NCBI RefSeq assembly: GCF_001447785.1
Contig: NW_015170278.1
Coordinates: 1,762,357 to 1,826,356 of the forward strand
DNA length: 64,000 nucleotides
From: Gekko japonicus
Lineage: Eukaryota
Direction: 5' to 3'
Part shown: piece by piece, positions 63,861 through 64,000 of the stretch
How the letters are laid out: each line of letters begins with the position of its first letter
Position numbering within the stretch: the stretch's first letter is position 1
Program-made: the position numbers and the translations under genes
Notes under the pieces: model-generated
Database searches by the model: none
Seen by the model: the letters and a program-made list of their open reading frames with translations, nothing else
What the model was told of the DNA's origin: nothing

Positions 63861-64000
63861 TAGAGGCCTGAATCTATGCTTCACAAGTTGCTAAAATCGT
63901 AGTCTATGCTAATTAGAGGCCTGCATCTGGATGTAAGTTTTGTACCACCTAACAGAGTTTTCAGAAGTGTTAGGTAGATAAAAGCTATCTTTATTGTTTT

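Overview
Vertebrate genomic DNA, most likely squamate (gecko-like repeat content: Sauria and other tRNA-derived SINEs, RTE-BovB, CR1, L2, Penelope, DIRS), with three N gaps. The only protein-coding gene I can support is aminoacylase-1 (ACY1, M20A metallopeptidase) on the + strand, 2078-30432. Thirteen coding exons were located by eye; all have GT-AG borders and phases matching human ACY1, and all internal exons match the human sizes as I recall them. The 90-nt exon carrying the catalytic and Zn-binding glutamates (human exon 7, DEEVGG...FALDEG; E147/E148/E175) is not present between exons 6 and 8, and skipping it keeps the frame (386 aa). That interval instead holds a CpG-rich minus-strand promoter with a TOP-like first exon resembling RPL29 exon 1 (no other RPL29 exons found), plus a divergent + strand GC-box/3xCCAAT/TATA cluster. 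This is either a real rearrangement giving a catalytically dead ACY1 or an assembly chimera; many short tandem duplications in the window make the second option a real possibility. The remaining ~33 kb is gene-free and rich in transposon remnants. Exon borders and stated TSDs were counted to the base; other repeat borders are approximate.
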